The position numbers were made by a program, and so were the translations under genes. A DNA stretch of 64,000 bases from contig CBDATQ010000001.1 of assembly GCA_965199955.1 (NCBI GenBank), positions 1,984,001-2,048,000 on the forward strand, in the 5' to 3' direction. Source of the stretch: Spirochaetia bacterium. GTDB taxonomy: Bacteria > Spirochaetota > Spirochaetia > SZUA-6 > Bin103. Below the pieces are notes generated by a model. It did no database searches. It had not been told where the DNA came from and worked only from the letters and a program-made list of their open reading frames with translations. The stretch's first letter is position 1, and each line of letters begins with the position of its first letter. Of this stretch, positions 10,324 to 19,738 are shown one piece after another.

Positions 10324-11022
10324 TCAGCGGCCCTTGCGGGCCTGCTCGGCCTCCGCCGCCTCACGGCGCGCCAGGATGCGCAGGAGCTGCAGGGTGGCCC
10401 GGGCGTCCTCGAGAACCCCAGGAGTGTCCGGCGCGGCGATGGCCTCACGCGTGCGCGCAGCGGTCAACTCGATCCACTCGGCGCCCTGGCCGGAGGTGGT
10501 CTCCGTATAGCGCCGCATCAGGCAGCCCCAGTCGGGGGCCGAGAGCTTCTTCATCCCATGGCGTTCGGCGGTCTGGGCCAGCATGCGCATGTGGCGAGCG
10601 GCGCTGTAGCCCACCACCAGTGTCGCCGCAGCCAGCAGTTCCGCCAGCTCGCCATGCACGGCCGGCCATGGGCGCGCTGGCCGCCGGTTTGTGGCACCGG
10701 CCGGGTGGGTCGATGCGTCAAGCCGCACGGCCCCGGTGGTATCGAGTACCGCGGTCTCCACGACCTCCTCGCGCACCCCGGTCCCCGCGGTAGCGGTACC
10801 GACGATCAGCACGTCGCGCCGGTCGAGCAGGTCGGAGAGATCGCCCAGATCGACCAGGCGGTCCGCCCGGGCACGTTGCGGGACCTCCCGCGGGCCTGGC
10901 TTCGCGTCGATGCCGTGCTCGCGGAGCGCCGACCGCCGGCCGAGCCTCCAGCCGACCGCTCCGGCTCCGTAGAACGCCGCCGCCAGCACCATGGCGACGA
11001 TGACCCAACCCCCCGGACTCAT
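10324..11022 (-). CDS. Membrane-anchored DEDDh/DnaQ-like exonuclease homolog with degenerate catalytic motifs
   Basis: TM helix, then VLIVGTATAG (ExoI-like), VVGYSAARHMRML (ExoII-like) and GVLEDARATLQLL (ExoIII-like). Confidence 0.65.
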   Translation of the reverse strand: MSPGGWVIVAMVLAAAFYGAGAVGWRLGRRSALREHGIDAKPGPREVPQRARADRLVDLGDLSDLLDRRDVLIVGTATAGTGVREEVVETAVLDTTGAVRLDASTHPAGATNRRPARPWPAVHGELAELLAAATLVVGYSAARHMRMLAQTAERHGMKKLSAPDWGCLMRRYTETTSGQGAEWIELTAARTREAIAAPDTPGVLEDARATLQLLRILARREAAEAEQARKGR

Positions 11023-11035
11023 GGTCGTCCCGACC

Positions 11036-11992
11036 TCAGGCTGCCAGCCCGGCCAGCAGCGCCTTGATATAGCCGATCGAATAGGCGAGCGCCTGGTGGG
11101 CTGTGTCGCCGTCGCCTTCGATCGGCTGCAGGTGGTCGGGATTCAGGCAGCCGTCGAAGCCCACCCGCGCGAGCTCGCCCACGATCCGGGCCATGTTCAT
11201 GTCGCCGTCGTCGAGCAGCACCTCCTCGAAGCCGCCGGCCGTCGCCAGATTGCCCCGGACGTTGCGCAGGTGCAGGGTGAAGATCCGACCCTTGCGGCCG
11301 AACAGGTTGATCTCGTCCATCACCAGCGGCGGACCTCCCGCCTCGGCACGGGTGCCGCAGCAGTACAGGTAGCCCACGTTCGGGCTCGGGAACGTGTCGA
11401 TCACCCGGTGGAAGCCCAGGGTGCCGAGGGGCGTGTCGGGCAGCGGTGTGTCCGAGGGGTGAATGGCCAGGCGGATGCCGTACTCGTCGGCGATCGGCAC
11501 CAGCTTCTCGTAGACCGCGCAGAAGCGGGCCCACCATGCCTCCAGTCTCTCGTGCGAGGCCGGATCGGGGTCGCCCGGCCCCAGGTCGCGGCTCTCGCCG
11601 CGCGACCGGTAGCCGCCTCGGTGCACGGACTCGTATTTCAGCAGCCGGTGGTTGAAGGTGTCGCCGGCGAAGCGCTGGCGGGCGATCGGGACGCCGGCGT
11701 CGGCGAACACGCGCAGCGCCCGGCAGGTGTTCTCAAGCTCGCGCGCGGCGCCGTCACGGCCCAGCATGAACTCGTCGGTGATGTCCGGCAGCGTCACGCG
11801 GTTGAAGCTCAGTCCGTACGGCCGCAGCTTGCGCACCAGCGCGGTCACCGCGTCCGCGTCCGGGTAGCCCTGCTCCGCCACGCCGGGAAAGAAGGCCCCG
11901 CGGCCCATGTCGATCGCTTCGGCGCCAAGCTGCGTCACCGTACGGAGATACCCGTCGGAAAGGTCGTTGCCCCAGACCGCCACCCGCATCAT
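11036..11992 (-). CDS. Mannonate dehydratase (UxuA-like)
   Basis: LVPIADEYGIRLAIHPSD, CCGT, HLRNVRG, DDGDMNM, PDH, AYSIGYIKAL. Confidence 0.85.
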   Translation of the reverse strand: MMRVAVWGNDLSDGYLRTVTQLGAEAIDMGRGAFFPGVAEQGYPDADAVTALVRKLRPYGLSFNRVTLPDITDEFMLGRDGAARELENTCRALRVFADAGVPIARQRFAGDTFNHRLLKYESVHRGGYRSRGESRDLGPGDPDPASHERLEAWWARFCAVYEKLVPIADEYGIRLAIHPSDTPLPDTPLGTLGFHRVIDTFPSPNVGYLYCCGTRAEAGGPPLVMDEINLFGRKGRIFTLHLRNVRGNLATAGGFEEVLLDDGDMNMARIVGELARVGFDGCLNPDHLQPIEGDGDTAHQALAYSIGYIKALLAGLAA

Positions 11993-12080
11993 GGGGCTAT
12001 CGTACGGCGGGAGACGTGCCGTGGGATACCCTGCAACGATCCGATGCCACGTTACTGCTGTCCCGCCGGATTCCTGCCGA

Positions 12081-12110
12081 TCGCATCTTGATGCATGATG
12101 ATTGATGCGA
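12081..12110. promoter_or_regulatory. Inverted/direct TGATGC repeats upstream of vapB, probable TA operator
   Basis: TCGCATCTTGATGCATGATGATTGATGCGA has TCGCATC/GATGCGA inverted ends and lies about 15 bp before the vapB ATG. Confidence 0.5.
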
Positions 12111-12124
12111 CAGGATGCCGGCCA

Positions 12125-12367
12125 ATGCGAACGACGCTCGACATCGACGAAGATCTGCTGATGGCCGCCAAGGAGATCGCCAAACGGGAACGCCGCTCGG
12201 CGGGGTCGGTGGTGTCCGACTTCGCGCGGCTCGGCATGTCCGCGGCCAACCACGACGAACGGGCCGACGAAGGCGCCGCGGAGTTCGGGTTCAATCCGTT
12301 CCCGTCACGGGGTGGCGTGGTGACCAATGAACTCATCGACCGGTTGCGCGAGCAGACAGGTGACTGA
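12125..12367 (+). CDS. vapB: VapB/CopG-family antitoxin
   Basis: MRTTLDIDEDLL.AAKE.A, GGVVTNELIDRLRE; TGATG-coupled to the PIN gene. Confidence 0.85.
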   Translation: MRTTLDIDEDLLMAAKEIAKRERRSAGSVVSDFARLGMSAANHDERADEGAAEFGFNPFPSRGGVVTNELIDRLREQTGD

Positions 12368-12804
12368 TGCGCGCGTTGCTGGATGTCAACGTGCTGATCG
12401 CGCTGCTGGACGCCGATCACGTCCATCATGACGCTGCGCGGATGTGGTTGAAAGAGCACATCGGGCTCGGCTGGGCCTCATGTCCCATCACTCAGAACGG
12501 GGTGCTGCGAATCATGTCGCAGACCAGTTACCCGAACGGCGTGACGCCGGGTGCGGTCGCCCACCGTCTGCGCACCGCCACGCAGACCCGGCATCATCAG
12601 TTCTGGCCCGACTCCGTGAGCCTGATCCGCCCTTCCGTGCTGAAGCCGGAGCAGGCGATAACGTCGAAGCAGATTACCGACCTGTACCTGCTGGCGTTGG
12701 CCGTCTCCAGAGGAGGGCGTCTCGTGACCTTTGATGTGCGCATCTCGTCCGCGTCCGTCGTTGGTGCGGACCACCGGCACCTGTGCGCGATCCACGATGG
12801 CTGA
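12367..12804 (+). CDS. vapC: PIN-domain toxin VapC
   Basis: ALLDVNVLIALLD..HVHH, ITDLYLLALA, LVTFD. Confidence 0.9.
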   Translation: MRALLDVNVLIALLDADHVHHDAARMWLKEHIGLGWASCPITQNGVLRIMSQTSYPNGVTPGAVAHRLRTATQTRHHQFWPDSVSLIRPSVLKPEQAITSKQITDLYLLALAVSRGGRLVTFDVRISSASVVGADHRHLCAIHDG

Positions 12805-13912
12805 CCTTCGTACACCACGCCTTGTCGTGGCCGTAGCGCTCGCCGCGACCCTGGTTGGTGTCGCCGGCGCACAGGATGCGCCACAGGTGGACGACCTGCT
12901 TGCCGCCGTCGAACGTGGCGACGCCGACGCCCAGTGGCAGCTCGGGGACGCCTACCACCACGGCCGGGGCGTGACGCAGGACGATGCCGAGGCGCTCCGG
13001 CTGTACCGGGCCGCGGCCGTGCAGGGCAGCCCCGCGGGCCAGTGGCGGCTCGGCAACGCGTACTACTACGGATGGGGAGTGGCTCGGGACCGGGCCGAGG
13101 CGGTGCGGTGGTACGGAATCGCGGCTGAGCAGGGCAGCGCCGAAGGCCAGTGGCGCCTGGGGAACGCGTACTTCCACGGGCGTGGAGTGACCCAGGACCA
13201 CGCCGAGGCTGTCCGGTGGTACCGGACTTCCGCCGAGCAGGGATCGCCGGAGGGGCAGTGGCGGCTCGGACTCGCCCACTTCCTCGGCCACGGCGTCGCG
13301 CAGGACTTCGCGAAGGCGGCGCGGTGGTACCGGGCCGCGGCCGAGCAGGGCAACGCCGAGAGTCAGTGGCGGCTCGGCAGCGCGTACTACTTCGGCACGG
13401 GAGTGGCGCAGGACTTCGCGGAGGCAGTGAGGTGGCTCCGTGCCTCTGCCGGGCAGGGAAGCGCCGAGGGCCAATGGCGCTTGGGGAACGCGTACCATTT
13501 CGGCCGTGGCGTGGAGCAGGGCCGTGCGGAGGCGGCGCGGTGGTACCGGGCGGCGGCCGAGCAGGGGAGTGCCGAGGGCCAATGGCGGCTAGGCAGCGCG
13601 TATCACTTCGGCGCCGGAGTGCCGCAGGACCATGTGGAGGCGGTGCGGTGGTACCGGGCGGCGGCCGAGCAGGGTAACGCCGAGGGGCAGTGGCGGCTCG
13701 GCACGCGGTACGCCACGGGCCGGGGAGTGCCGCTGGACCACGTGGCCGCCTATGCGTGGCTCAACCTTGCCGCCGCCCAGGGCCACGAGGAGGCAGCCGG
13801 CAGCCGTGACGGGCTGGCCGAGTCGATGACCGCCGAGCAGGTCGCGGAGGCGCAGCGCATGGCGCGGGACCTGTGGGGCAGAATCGCGGGAGACGCACCG
13901 GCGGCTCCGTGA
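12797..13912 (+). CDS. Secreted Sel1-like repeat protein (8 x 36-aa repeats)
   Basis: Signal-peptide-like N-terminus; repeats of G.AEGQWRLG.AY..G.GV.QD.AEAVRWYR.AAEQ; terminal AYAWLNLAAAQG. Confidence 0.92.
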   Translation: MADLRTPRLVVAVALAATLVGVAGAQDAPQVDDLLAAVERGDADAQWQLGDAYHHGRGVTQDDAEALRLYRAAAVQGSPAGQWRLGNAYYYGWGVARDRAEAVRWYGIAAEQGSAEGQWRLGNAYFHGRGVTQDHAEAVRWYRTSAEQGSPEGQWRLGLAHFLGHGVAQDFAKAARWYRAAAEQGNAESQWRLGSAYYFGTGVAQDFAEAVRWLRASAGQGSAEGQWRLGNAYHFGRGVEQGRAEAARWYRAAAEQGSAEGQWRLGSAYHFGAGVPQDHVEAVRWYRAAAEQGNAEGQWRLGTRYATGRGVPLDHVAAYAWLNLAAAQGHEEAAGSRDGLAESMTAEQVAEAQRMARDLWGRIAGDAPAAP

Positions 13913-13945
13913 CCGTGTGCGGTACGATTCGGGGATGAGGACGCG

Positions 13946-15580
13946 ATGGCGGTAAGTCTCTGTTATCCGGCCGGCCGGCCGGCGTCGACCGGAGCCGGTC
14001 AGCGCGGCGTGGTCGACCGGGCCGCCGAGGACCTGGGCCTGAACTCGCTGCGCACCCGGTTCGAGTTGCCGTCGGAGTTCCTGTACGAGCTCAGCACCGA
14101 CCCGGAGACCATCCGCTATCGCCAGGAGGTGCTGGCCGACGCGGTCGCCTCCGGCGAGCTGCGCACGCTCTTCGCGCAACTTCAGCCGATGGTGCACGAG
14201 CTGGCCTACTTCACGAAGACCCGCACGGAGCAGAGCTCGTCGCTGCAGCAGGCGGTGTGGCGGCTGGGCGAGCTGGAGACCTACGTGGCGTGCCTGACGG
14301 CGCTGGGCGAGGCGGCGGCGCTGCCGGGCGTGCGCTCGGCGGGGATGCGGGCGCTGGCCGAGTTCGTCCGCAAACGGAAGCAGGACGAGGTCTACCAGCG
14401 CCTGGAGGCCGAGCTGCCGGCGCTGCGGGGCGGACTGAAACGGCGCGCGAGCATCACCATCGGTATCAACCTGGACTCGCAGCTCCGCCCGTCGGAGGCG
14501 ACGCTGCTGCGCGTCCACGACCGCAAATTCGAGGACACGCCCCTGCTCACCCGCCTGTTCGGCGTCTCCAACCCGTTCCGGCCGCTGACCAAGGTGCACC
14601 GCACGTCGGCGATGGCGCCGCTGCTCGGCGAGCTGGACCGGGTCATCGGCGCGGTGGCGCGCCCGCTGGCCAAGGCGCTGGGGCAGTTCGTTCAGCTTCA
14701 GGTCCGGGACGTGCTGCCGATGGAGCAGGAAATCCGCTTCTACCTGGGCGGCGCGCGTCTGGTGCTGGCGCTGCAGGAGCGCGGCATGCCGACCTGCATG
14801 CCGGAGCTGGCGCCGGCCGGCGAGCGGCGGTCGCAGGCGCGCGAGCTGTACGACATCTCCCTGGCGCTGAACGGCGCTCAGGACGAGCCCGCCCGCACGG
14901 TCGTTCGCAACGACCTGGACGCGGACGAGGGGGGGCGCATCGCCATCCTGACCGGGCCGAACCAGGGCGGGAAAACCACGTACGTGCGCGCCGTGGGCGT
15001 CATGCACGTGCTGGCGCAGGCCGGACTGCACGTGGCCGCGCGGGAGGCGGTGATCAGTCCGGCCGACCGGGTGATCACCCATTTCCCGGCGGAAGAGGGC
15101 AACGGCATCGAGGGTGGCAGGCTGGCGGAGGAGGCGCGGCGCCTGGGCGCGATGTTCGGCGACGCCTCCGAGCAGAGCATCGTGCTGTGCAACGAGTCGC
15201 TGTCCAGCACCAGCCCGAGCGAGAGCCTGTACCTGGCCGAGGACGTCGTGCGCGCGCTGCGGCTACTGGGCGCACGGGCGATCTTCGCCACGCACCTGCA
15301 CGAGCTGGGCGAGCGTCTGGAGCGGATCAATGCGGAGGTGGACGGCGGCAGCCTGGTGGTGAGTCTGGTCGCGGGCATCGCCGCGGACAGCGACGGCGCC
15401 GACGGCGCGCAGGCCCGGATGCGCCGTACCTACCGCATCGCTCCCGGACCGCCGGTCGGATCGAGCTACGCCCGCGACATCGCCGACCGCTACGAGATCA
15501 GCTTCGAGCGGCTGCGGCCGAAGATACTGGCTCGCCGCGGGCGGCCGGCGGAGTCTCCTCCGGGAGACAACGGGCGATGA
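13946..15580 (+). CDS. MutS-related protein with ATPase domain V only (MutS4-like)
   Basis: ILTGPNQGGKTT, VITHFP, IVLCNESLSST, FATHLHEL, SSYARDIA; no mismatch-binding domain I. Confidence 0.8.
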   Translation: MAVSLCYPAGRPASTGAGQRGVVDRAAEDLGLNSLRTRFELPSEFLYELSTDPETIRYRQEVLADAVASGELRTLFAQLQPMVHELAYFTKTRTEQSSSLQQAVWRLGELETYVACLTALGEAAALPGVRSAGMRALAEFVRKRKQDEVYQRLEAELPALRGGLKRRASITIGINLDSQLRPSEATLLRVHDRKFEDTPLLTRLFGVSNPFRPLTKVHRTSAMAPLLGELDRVIGAVARPLAKALGQFVQLQVRDVLPMEQEIRFYLGGARLVLALQERGMPTCMPELAPAGERRSQARELYDISLALNGAQDEPARTVVRNDLDADEGGRIAILTGPNQGGKTTYVRAVGVMHVLAQAGLHVAAREAVISPADRVITHFPAEEGNGIEGGRLAEEARRLGAMFGDASEQSIVLCNESLSSTSPSESLYLAEDVVRALRLLGARAIFATHLHELGERLERINAEVDGGSLVVSLVAGIAADSDGADGAQARMRRTYRIAPGPPVGSSYARDIADRYEISFERLRPKILARRGRPAESPPGDNGR

Positions 15581-16703
15581 GCCGCTGGGTGCCGGCGTCG
15601 TAGAGGTTGCCTGACCGCACCCGCACGGCGAGCCGCTGACCCGGCCGCGGGGGCTGCGGTCCGCCGTAGCGCGCGACCAGCTCCTGCCATCCGTCGCCCA
15701 GGCGCAGATGCAGCACGCTGGCAGCGCCCTCCGGCTGTGCCGCGGTCACCTCGACCTGCAGCACGCCGGCGGTGTCGTGGGACGCCGGGTCCAGCACCGC
15801 GACGTTCTCGGCGCGGATGTCCATCACCACCCGTTGGCCGGGGAACAGCGACCCGTCGGGCGAGAAAGGGACCGCCTGGGACGTGCTGCCTTCGGGTTGC
15901 AGGGCCAGAGCGCCATCGGCTGCGGAGACGATCTCGCCGCGCAGCAGCGCGCCGCCATGCGCGCCGAACAGTGCGGCCACCGGCACGGTCGCGGGCGTCC
16001 GGTAGAGCTCCGCGGGCCGGCCGACCTGGTGGATCTCGCCGGAGAACATCGCGGCCACGCGGTCGCCGAGCGCCATCGCCTCCGCCACGTCGTGGGTGAC
16101 GTAAAGCGTGGTGGCGCCGATGCGCCGGTGGAGCTGCTTGAGCTCGGTGCGGAGTTGGACGCGCAGCTTGGGATCGACGTTGGACAGCGGCTCGTCGAGC
16201 AGCAACACCTGCGGCTGCTTTACCAGTGCCCGGGCGATCGCAACACGCTGCTGCTGGCCGCCCGACAGCTCCTTGGGATAGCGCTGCTCCAGGCCGATCA
16301 GCTCCACCACGTCCAGCGCCTGGCGGACCGCCTTCCCGATCCGGCCCCGCCCGGCGCGCCGGATCTGCAGCGGAAACGCGATGTTCTGCGCCACCGTCAT
16401 GTGCGGGTAGAGCGCGTACGACTGGAACACCATGCCGACGCGCCGCTTGGCCGGCACCATGTCGATCTGCCGCGGCTCGCTGAACACGGCTTCGCCGCCG
16501 ATCAGGATCTCGCCCAGCACCGGCTGCTCCAGCCCGGCAATAGCACGCAGCATGGTCGTCTTGCCGCAGCCGGAGGCGCCGACCACGACCAGGAACTCGC
16601 CTTCCTCCACGTGGAGGGTCACGCCATGCGTCGCGATCACGTCGCCGTACTGGACGGTGACGTGGCGTACGGTGATGTCAGCCACGAGCCGGGATGGTAC
16701 CAC
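15498..16703 (-). CDS. ABC transporter ATP-binding protein (MalK/PotA-like)
   Basis: GASGCGKT, VFQSYALYPH, LSGGQQQR, LLLDEPLSN, YVTHD. Confidence 0.9.
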   Translation of the reverse strand: MVPSRLVADITVRHVTVQYGDVIATHGVTLHVEEGEFLVVVGASGCGKTTMLRAIAGLEQPVLGEILIGGEAVFSEPRQIDMVPAKRRVGMVFQSYALYPHMTVAQNIAFPLQIRRAGRGRIGKAVRQALDVVELIGLEQRYPKELSGGQQQRVAIARALVKQPQVLLLDEPLSNVDPKLRVQLRTELKQLHRRIGATTLYVTHDVAEAMALGDRVAAMFSGEIHQVGRPAELYRTPATVPVAALFGAHGGALLRGEIVSAADGALALQPEGSTSQAVPFSPDGSLFPGQRVVMDIRAENVAVLDPASHDTAGVLQVEVTAAQPEGAASVLHLRLGDGWQELVARYGGPQPPRPGQRLAVRVRSGNLYDAGTQRLIARCLPEETPPAARGEPVSSAAAARS

Positions 16704-16782
16704 CCCGAGCGACGGCCGCCGACCGGTGGAAAATGTGCGACTCTGTCACGGCGGCAACACCCGCACCGGAGGATCCCTGCCC

Positions 16783-17850
16783 ATGTTGATCGTCGACTCG
16801 CACCTCGACATCGCGTACAACGCGCTCGACTGGAATCGCGACCTGACGCAGAGCATCACGGCGGTCCGCGAGGCGGAAGCCGGCATGGGCCAAAAGGGCC
16901 GGGGAGCCGGCGTGGTCTGCTTCGAGGAACTGCGCCGCGGCGGGATCGGCCTGATCTTCGTCACCGTGCATTGCCGGCTGGCCTCGCTGGGCATGCGGTT
17001 CGCGGGCGTGCGCACGCAGGACATCGCCTACGCCAGGGCGATGGGGGAGCTTGCCTACTACCGGCTGATGGCCTCACGCGGAATCCTGCGCCAGATCCGC
17101 GACCGCGCAGGGCTCGACGCCCACCTGGCGGAGTGGGAGCGAGACCCGCAGCAAGCGCCGATCGGCTTCGTGCTGACCATGGAGGGGGCGGATCCGATCG
17201 TCGGCCCGGAACAGGTCGGCGAGTGGTGGGACAACGGGCTGCGCATCGTCAGCCTCGTGCACTACGGGGTCAGCTCGTACTCCCATGGGACCCAGGCGCC
17301 GGGCGGCCTGACCGAGCGGGGCGGTCCGATGCTGGACGCCCTCGAGCGTGCCGGGATGCTGCTGGACGTGAGCCACTTGGCCGAGCAGGCGTTCTGGGAG
17401 GCGCTGGACAGGTTCGGCGGGCAGGTTCTGGCGACCCACAACTGCTGCCGGGCCCTGTGCGACCACGACCGGCAACTGGACGACGATCAGATCCGGGCGC
17501 TGGCCGCGCGCGGCGGGGTGATCGGCAACGCGCTTGACGACTGGATGCTGTCGCCGCTCTGGGACCCGGAGGCGATGGACAACACCGGCATCACGCTGGC
17601 CACGGTCGCCGACCACATCGACCACATCTGCCAGGTCACCGGCAGTTGCGAGCATGCCGCAATCGGCACGGACCTTGACGGCGGCTACGGAAGGGAGCAA
17701 TCTCCCGCCGACCTGTACACCATCGCCGACGTGCGCAAGGTGGCGGGAATCCTCAGGGAGCGCGGCTACGGCGACGCGGATGTCGCGAACGTCATGCACG
17801 GCAACTGGGTGCGCTTGCTGCGCTCCTCCTGGAGTCAAGGTACCGCATGA
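16783..17850 (+). CDS. Membrane dipeptidase (peptidase M19)
   Basis: DSHLD, LTMEGAD, DVSHL, ATHN, IGTDLDG; GGAGG RBS before the ATG. Confidence 0.88.
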   Translation: MLIVDSHLDIAYNALDWNRDLTQSITAVREAEAGMGQKGRGAGVVCFEELRRGGIGLIFVTVHCRLASLGMRFAGVRTQDIAYARAMGELAYYRLMASRGILRQIRDRAGLDAHLAEWERDPQQAPIGFVLTMEGADPIVGPEQVGEWWDNGLRIVSLVHYGVSSYSHGTQAPGGLTERGGPMLDALERAGMLLDVSHLAEQAFWEALDRFGGQVLATHNCCRALCDHDRQLDDDQIRALAARGGVIGNALDDWMLSPLWDPEAMDNTGITLATVADHIDHICQVTGSCEHAAIGTDLDGGYGREQSPADLYTIADVRKVAGILRERGYGDADVANVMHGNWVRLLRSSWSQGTA

Positions 17851-19043
17851 ATCTCGTCGACACCGGTTTTGTTCTGATCTGCTCGACGCTCGTGTTCCTG
17901 ATGACACCGGGTCTGGCCTTCTTCTACGGCGGCTTGGTCGGCCGCCACAACACCCTGACGATCATGGCCCAGAACCTGATCTCGCTTGGGGTCGTTACCG
18001 TCGTCTGGATCGTGCTGGGGTTCTCCCTGGCGTTCGGCGACAGCATCGGCGGCATCTTCGGGGACCTCAGGTACGGGCTGTTCAAGATCGAAGTGGACGA
18101 CGTGTTCCCCGGCACGACGATCCCGACCTGGACGTTCTTCCTGTTCCAGATGATGTTCGCGGTGATCACGCCGGCGCTCATCACCGGCGCCTTCGTCGAC
18201 CGGTTCCGGTTCTCCAGCTACCTGATCTTCATTTCGGTCTGGAGCTTGGTGGTCTACTCGGTACTGGCCCACTCGGTATGGGGCGGCGGCTTGCTGCACA
18301 GGCTAGGGGCGATCGACTTCGCTGGCGGCACGGTCGTGCACATCTCGGCCGGCATGGCGGCGCTCGCCACCATCGCCGTGCTGGGCAAGCGCCACACGCG
18401 GACCGCCCCGCACGACGTGCGCTTCGTCGCCCTGGGCGCGGCGCTGCTGTGGTTCGGCTGGTTCGGTTTCAACGGCGGCAGCGCGCTGTCTCCCAGCGCG
18501 ATCGCGTCGATCGCCTTCCTCAACACCGACATCTCGGCATCGACGGCGATGGTGGTGTGGATGCTCATGTCGTGGCTGCACAAGGGGAAACCCAGCATCA
18601 TCGGCGCGCTCACCGGCGCGATCGCCGGACTGATCGCGATCACTCCCGCGGCCGGCTACGTGACGCCGGGGTCGGCCGCGATCATCGGCGTGCTGGCCGG
18701 CGCGGTCTGCTACGGCGCCGTGCTGTTCAAGGAGCGCATGGACTGGGACGACGCCCTGGACGTGTGGGCCGTGCACGGCGTGGGCGGGGTGCTGGGATCG
18801 ATCCTGACCGGAGTCTTCGCCTCGCCCAAGACCGGGGCGCCACCCGGGTTGATCTTCGGCGAGACGGGACTCTTCTTCGCCAATCTTGGCGCCACGGTGA
18901 TCAGCATGGTCTACGCGTTCGCGATGACCTGGATCGTCCTGAAGGTGATCGGCTGGATCAAGCGGCTGAAGCCGGAGACCGACGAGCTGGAGGCCGGCCT
19001 GGACCTGACCTTCCACGGGGAGCGCGCCCTGGATCACGACTGA
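17847..19043 (+). CDS. amtB: Ammonium transporter
   Basis: MTPGLAFFYGG, FQMMFA, DFAGGTVVH, WFGWFGFNGGS, DDALDVWAVHG. Confidence 0.95.
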   Translation: MNLVDTGFVLICSTLVFLMTPGLAFFYGGLVGRHNTLTIMAQNLISLGVVTVVWIVLGFSLAFGDSIGGIFGDLRYGLFKIEVDDVFPGTTIPTWTFFLFQMMFAVITPALITGAFVDRFRFSSYLIFISVWSLVVYSVLAHSVWGGGLLHRLGAIDFAGGTVVHISAGMAALATIAVLGKRHTRTAPHDVRFVALGAALLWFGWFGFNGGSALSPSAIASIAFLNTDISASTAMVVWMLMSWLHKGKPSIIGALTGAIAGLIAITPAAGYVTPGSAAIIGVLAGAVCYGAVLFKERMDWDDALDVWAVHGVGGVLGSILTGVFASPKTGAPPGLIFGETGLFFANLGATVISMVYAFAMTWIVLKVIGWIKRLKPETDELEAGLDLTFHGERALDHD

Positions 19044-19104
19044 GCCGGGCGCGCGGTTGACAGGTCCACGCGCGGCTGCTCAGGGTTGGCCTGGAGGCAC
19101 GATC

Positions 19105-19566
19105 ATGTCAGAGAACGTAACTCATGCCGGCAAGGGGGTTCAGGGCTTGGCCGGGGTACTGACGGCCCTGACGGTGCTCGCCACGGTGGTCTTCACGCTG
19201 CTCGGCATCTTCGGCGTGGTCGACATGAAGGCAGTGCGGACCGAGGGAGTCGCGCTGGCGTACGTGGTCGGGGTGGGGACGTTCGCGCTGAGTCCATTGG
19301 TTGCGGTCGGCGTCGTCGCCGTGGGTATGGGCAGCGCGATCGGCATCATCGCCATAGGTGCCGGGTCCGCGCGCGGCATCATCGCGATCAGCGGAGACGA
19401 TGCGGGCGGCATCATTGCCATCAGCGCCGGCGGGCGGGCGTCCGGCCTCCTCATCGGCATCGGCGACGAAGCCAAGGGGCTCATCGCGATCGCATACTCG
19501 GGCAGAACGGCCGGCCCGTTCGCGCGCTGGCCCCCATGGTCGGCCGCAGGGTCCGCGGTAGACTGA
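19105..19566 (+). CDS. Small hydrophobic protein with repeated GIIAI(G/S) motifs
   Basis: RBS followed by ATG; TM segment, then GVVAVG/GIIAIG/GIIAIS/GIIAIS/GLLIGIG/GLIAIA. Confidence 0.6.
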   Translation: MSENVTHAGKGVQGLAGVLTALTVLATVVFTLLGIFGVVDMKAVRTEGVALAYVVGVGTFALSPLVAVGVVAVGMGSAIGIIAIGAGSARGIIAISGDDAGGIIAISAGGRASGLLIGIGDEAKGLIAIAYSGRTAGPFARWPPWSAAGSAVD

Positions 19567-19738
19567 ACCGGGAACGTCGTCGGTTTACGACGGCAAGATT
19601 TCCGCCAGTACGTCGTCCGTGGTCGCCACCCGACCGAATACTCTGGCGTGCATGAGCAGGGCGTCCTCGTGCGCCCGCGCGGTATAGGTCGCGCAGGCAT
19701 CTTCGCAGATCAGCGAGTGGTGGTTGTGCCGCATGGGG

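Noticed and set aside
12920..13790. 108-bp periodic DNA repeat as a CRISPR or non-coding array
   Set aside because: The repeats are in-frame Sel1 units, with no invariant repeat/unique spacer structure.
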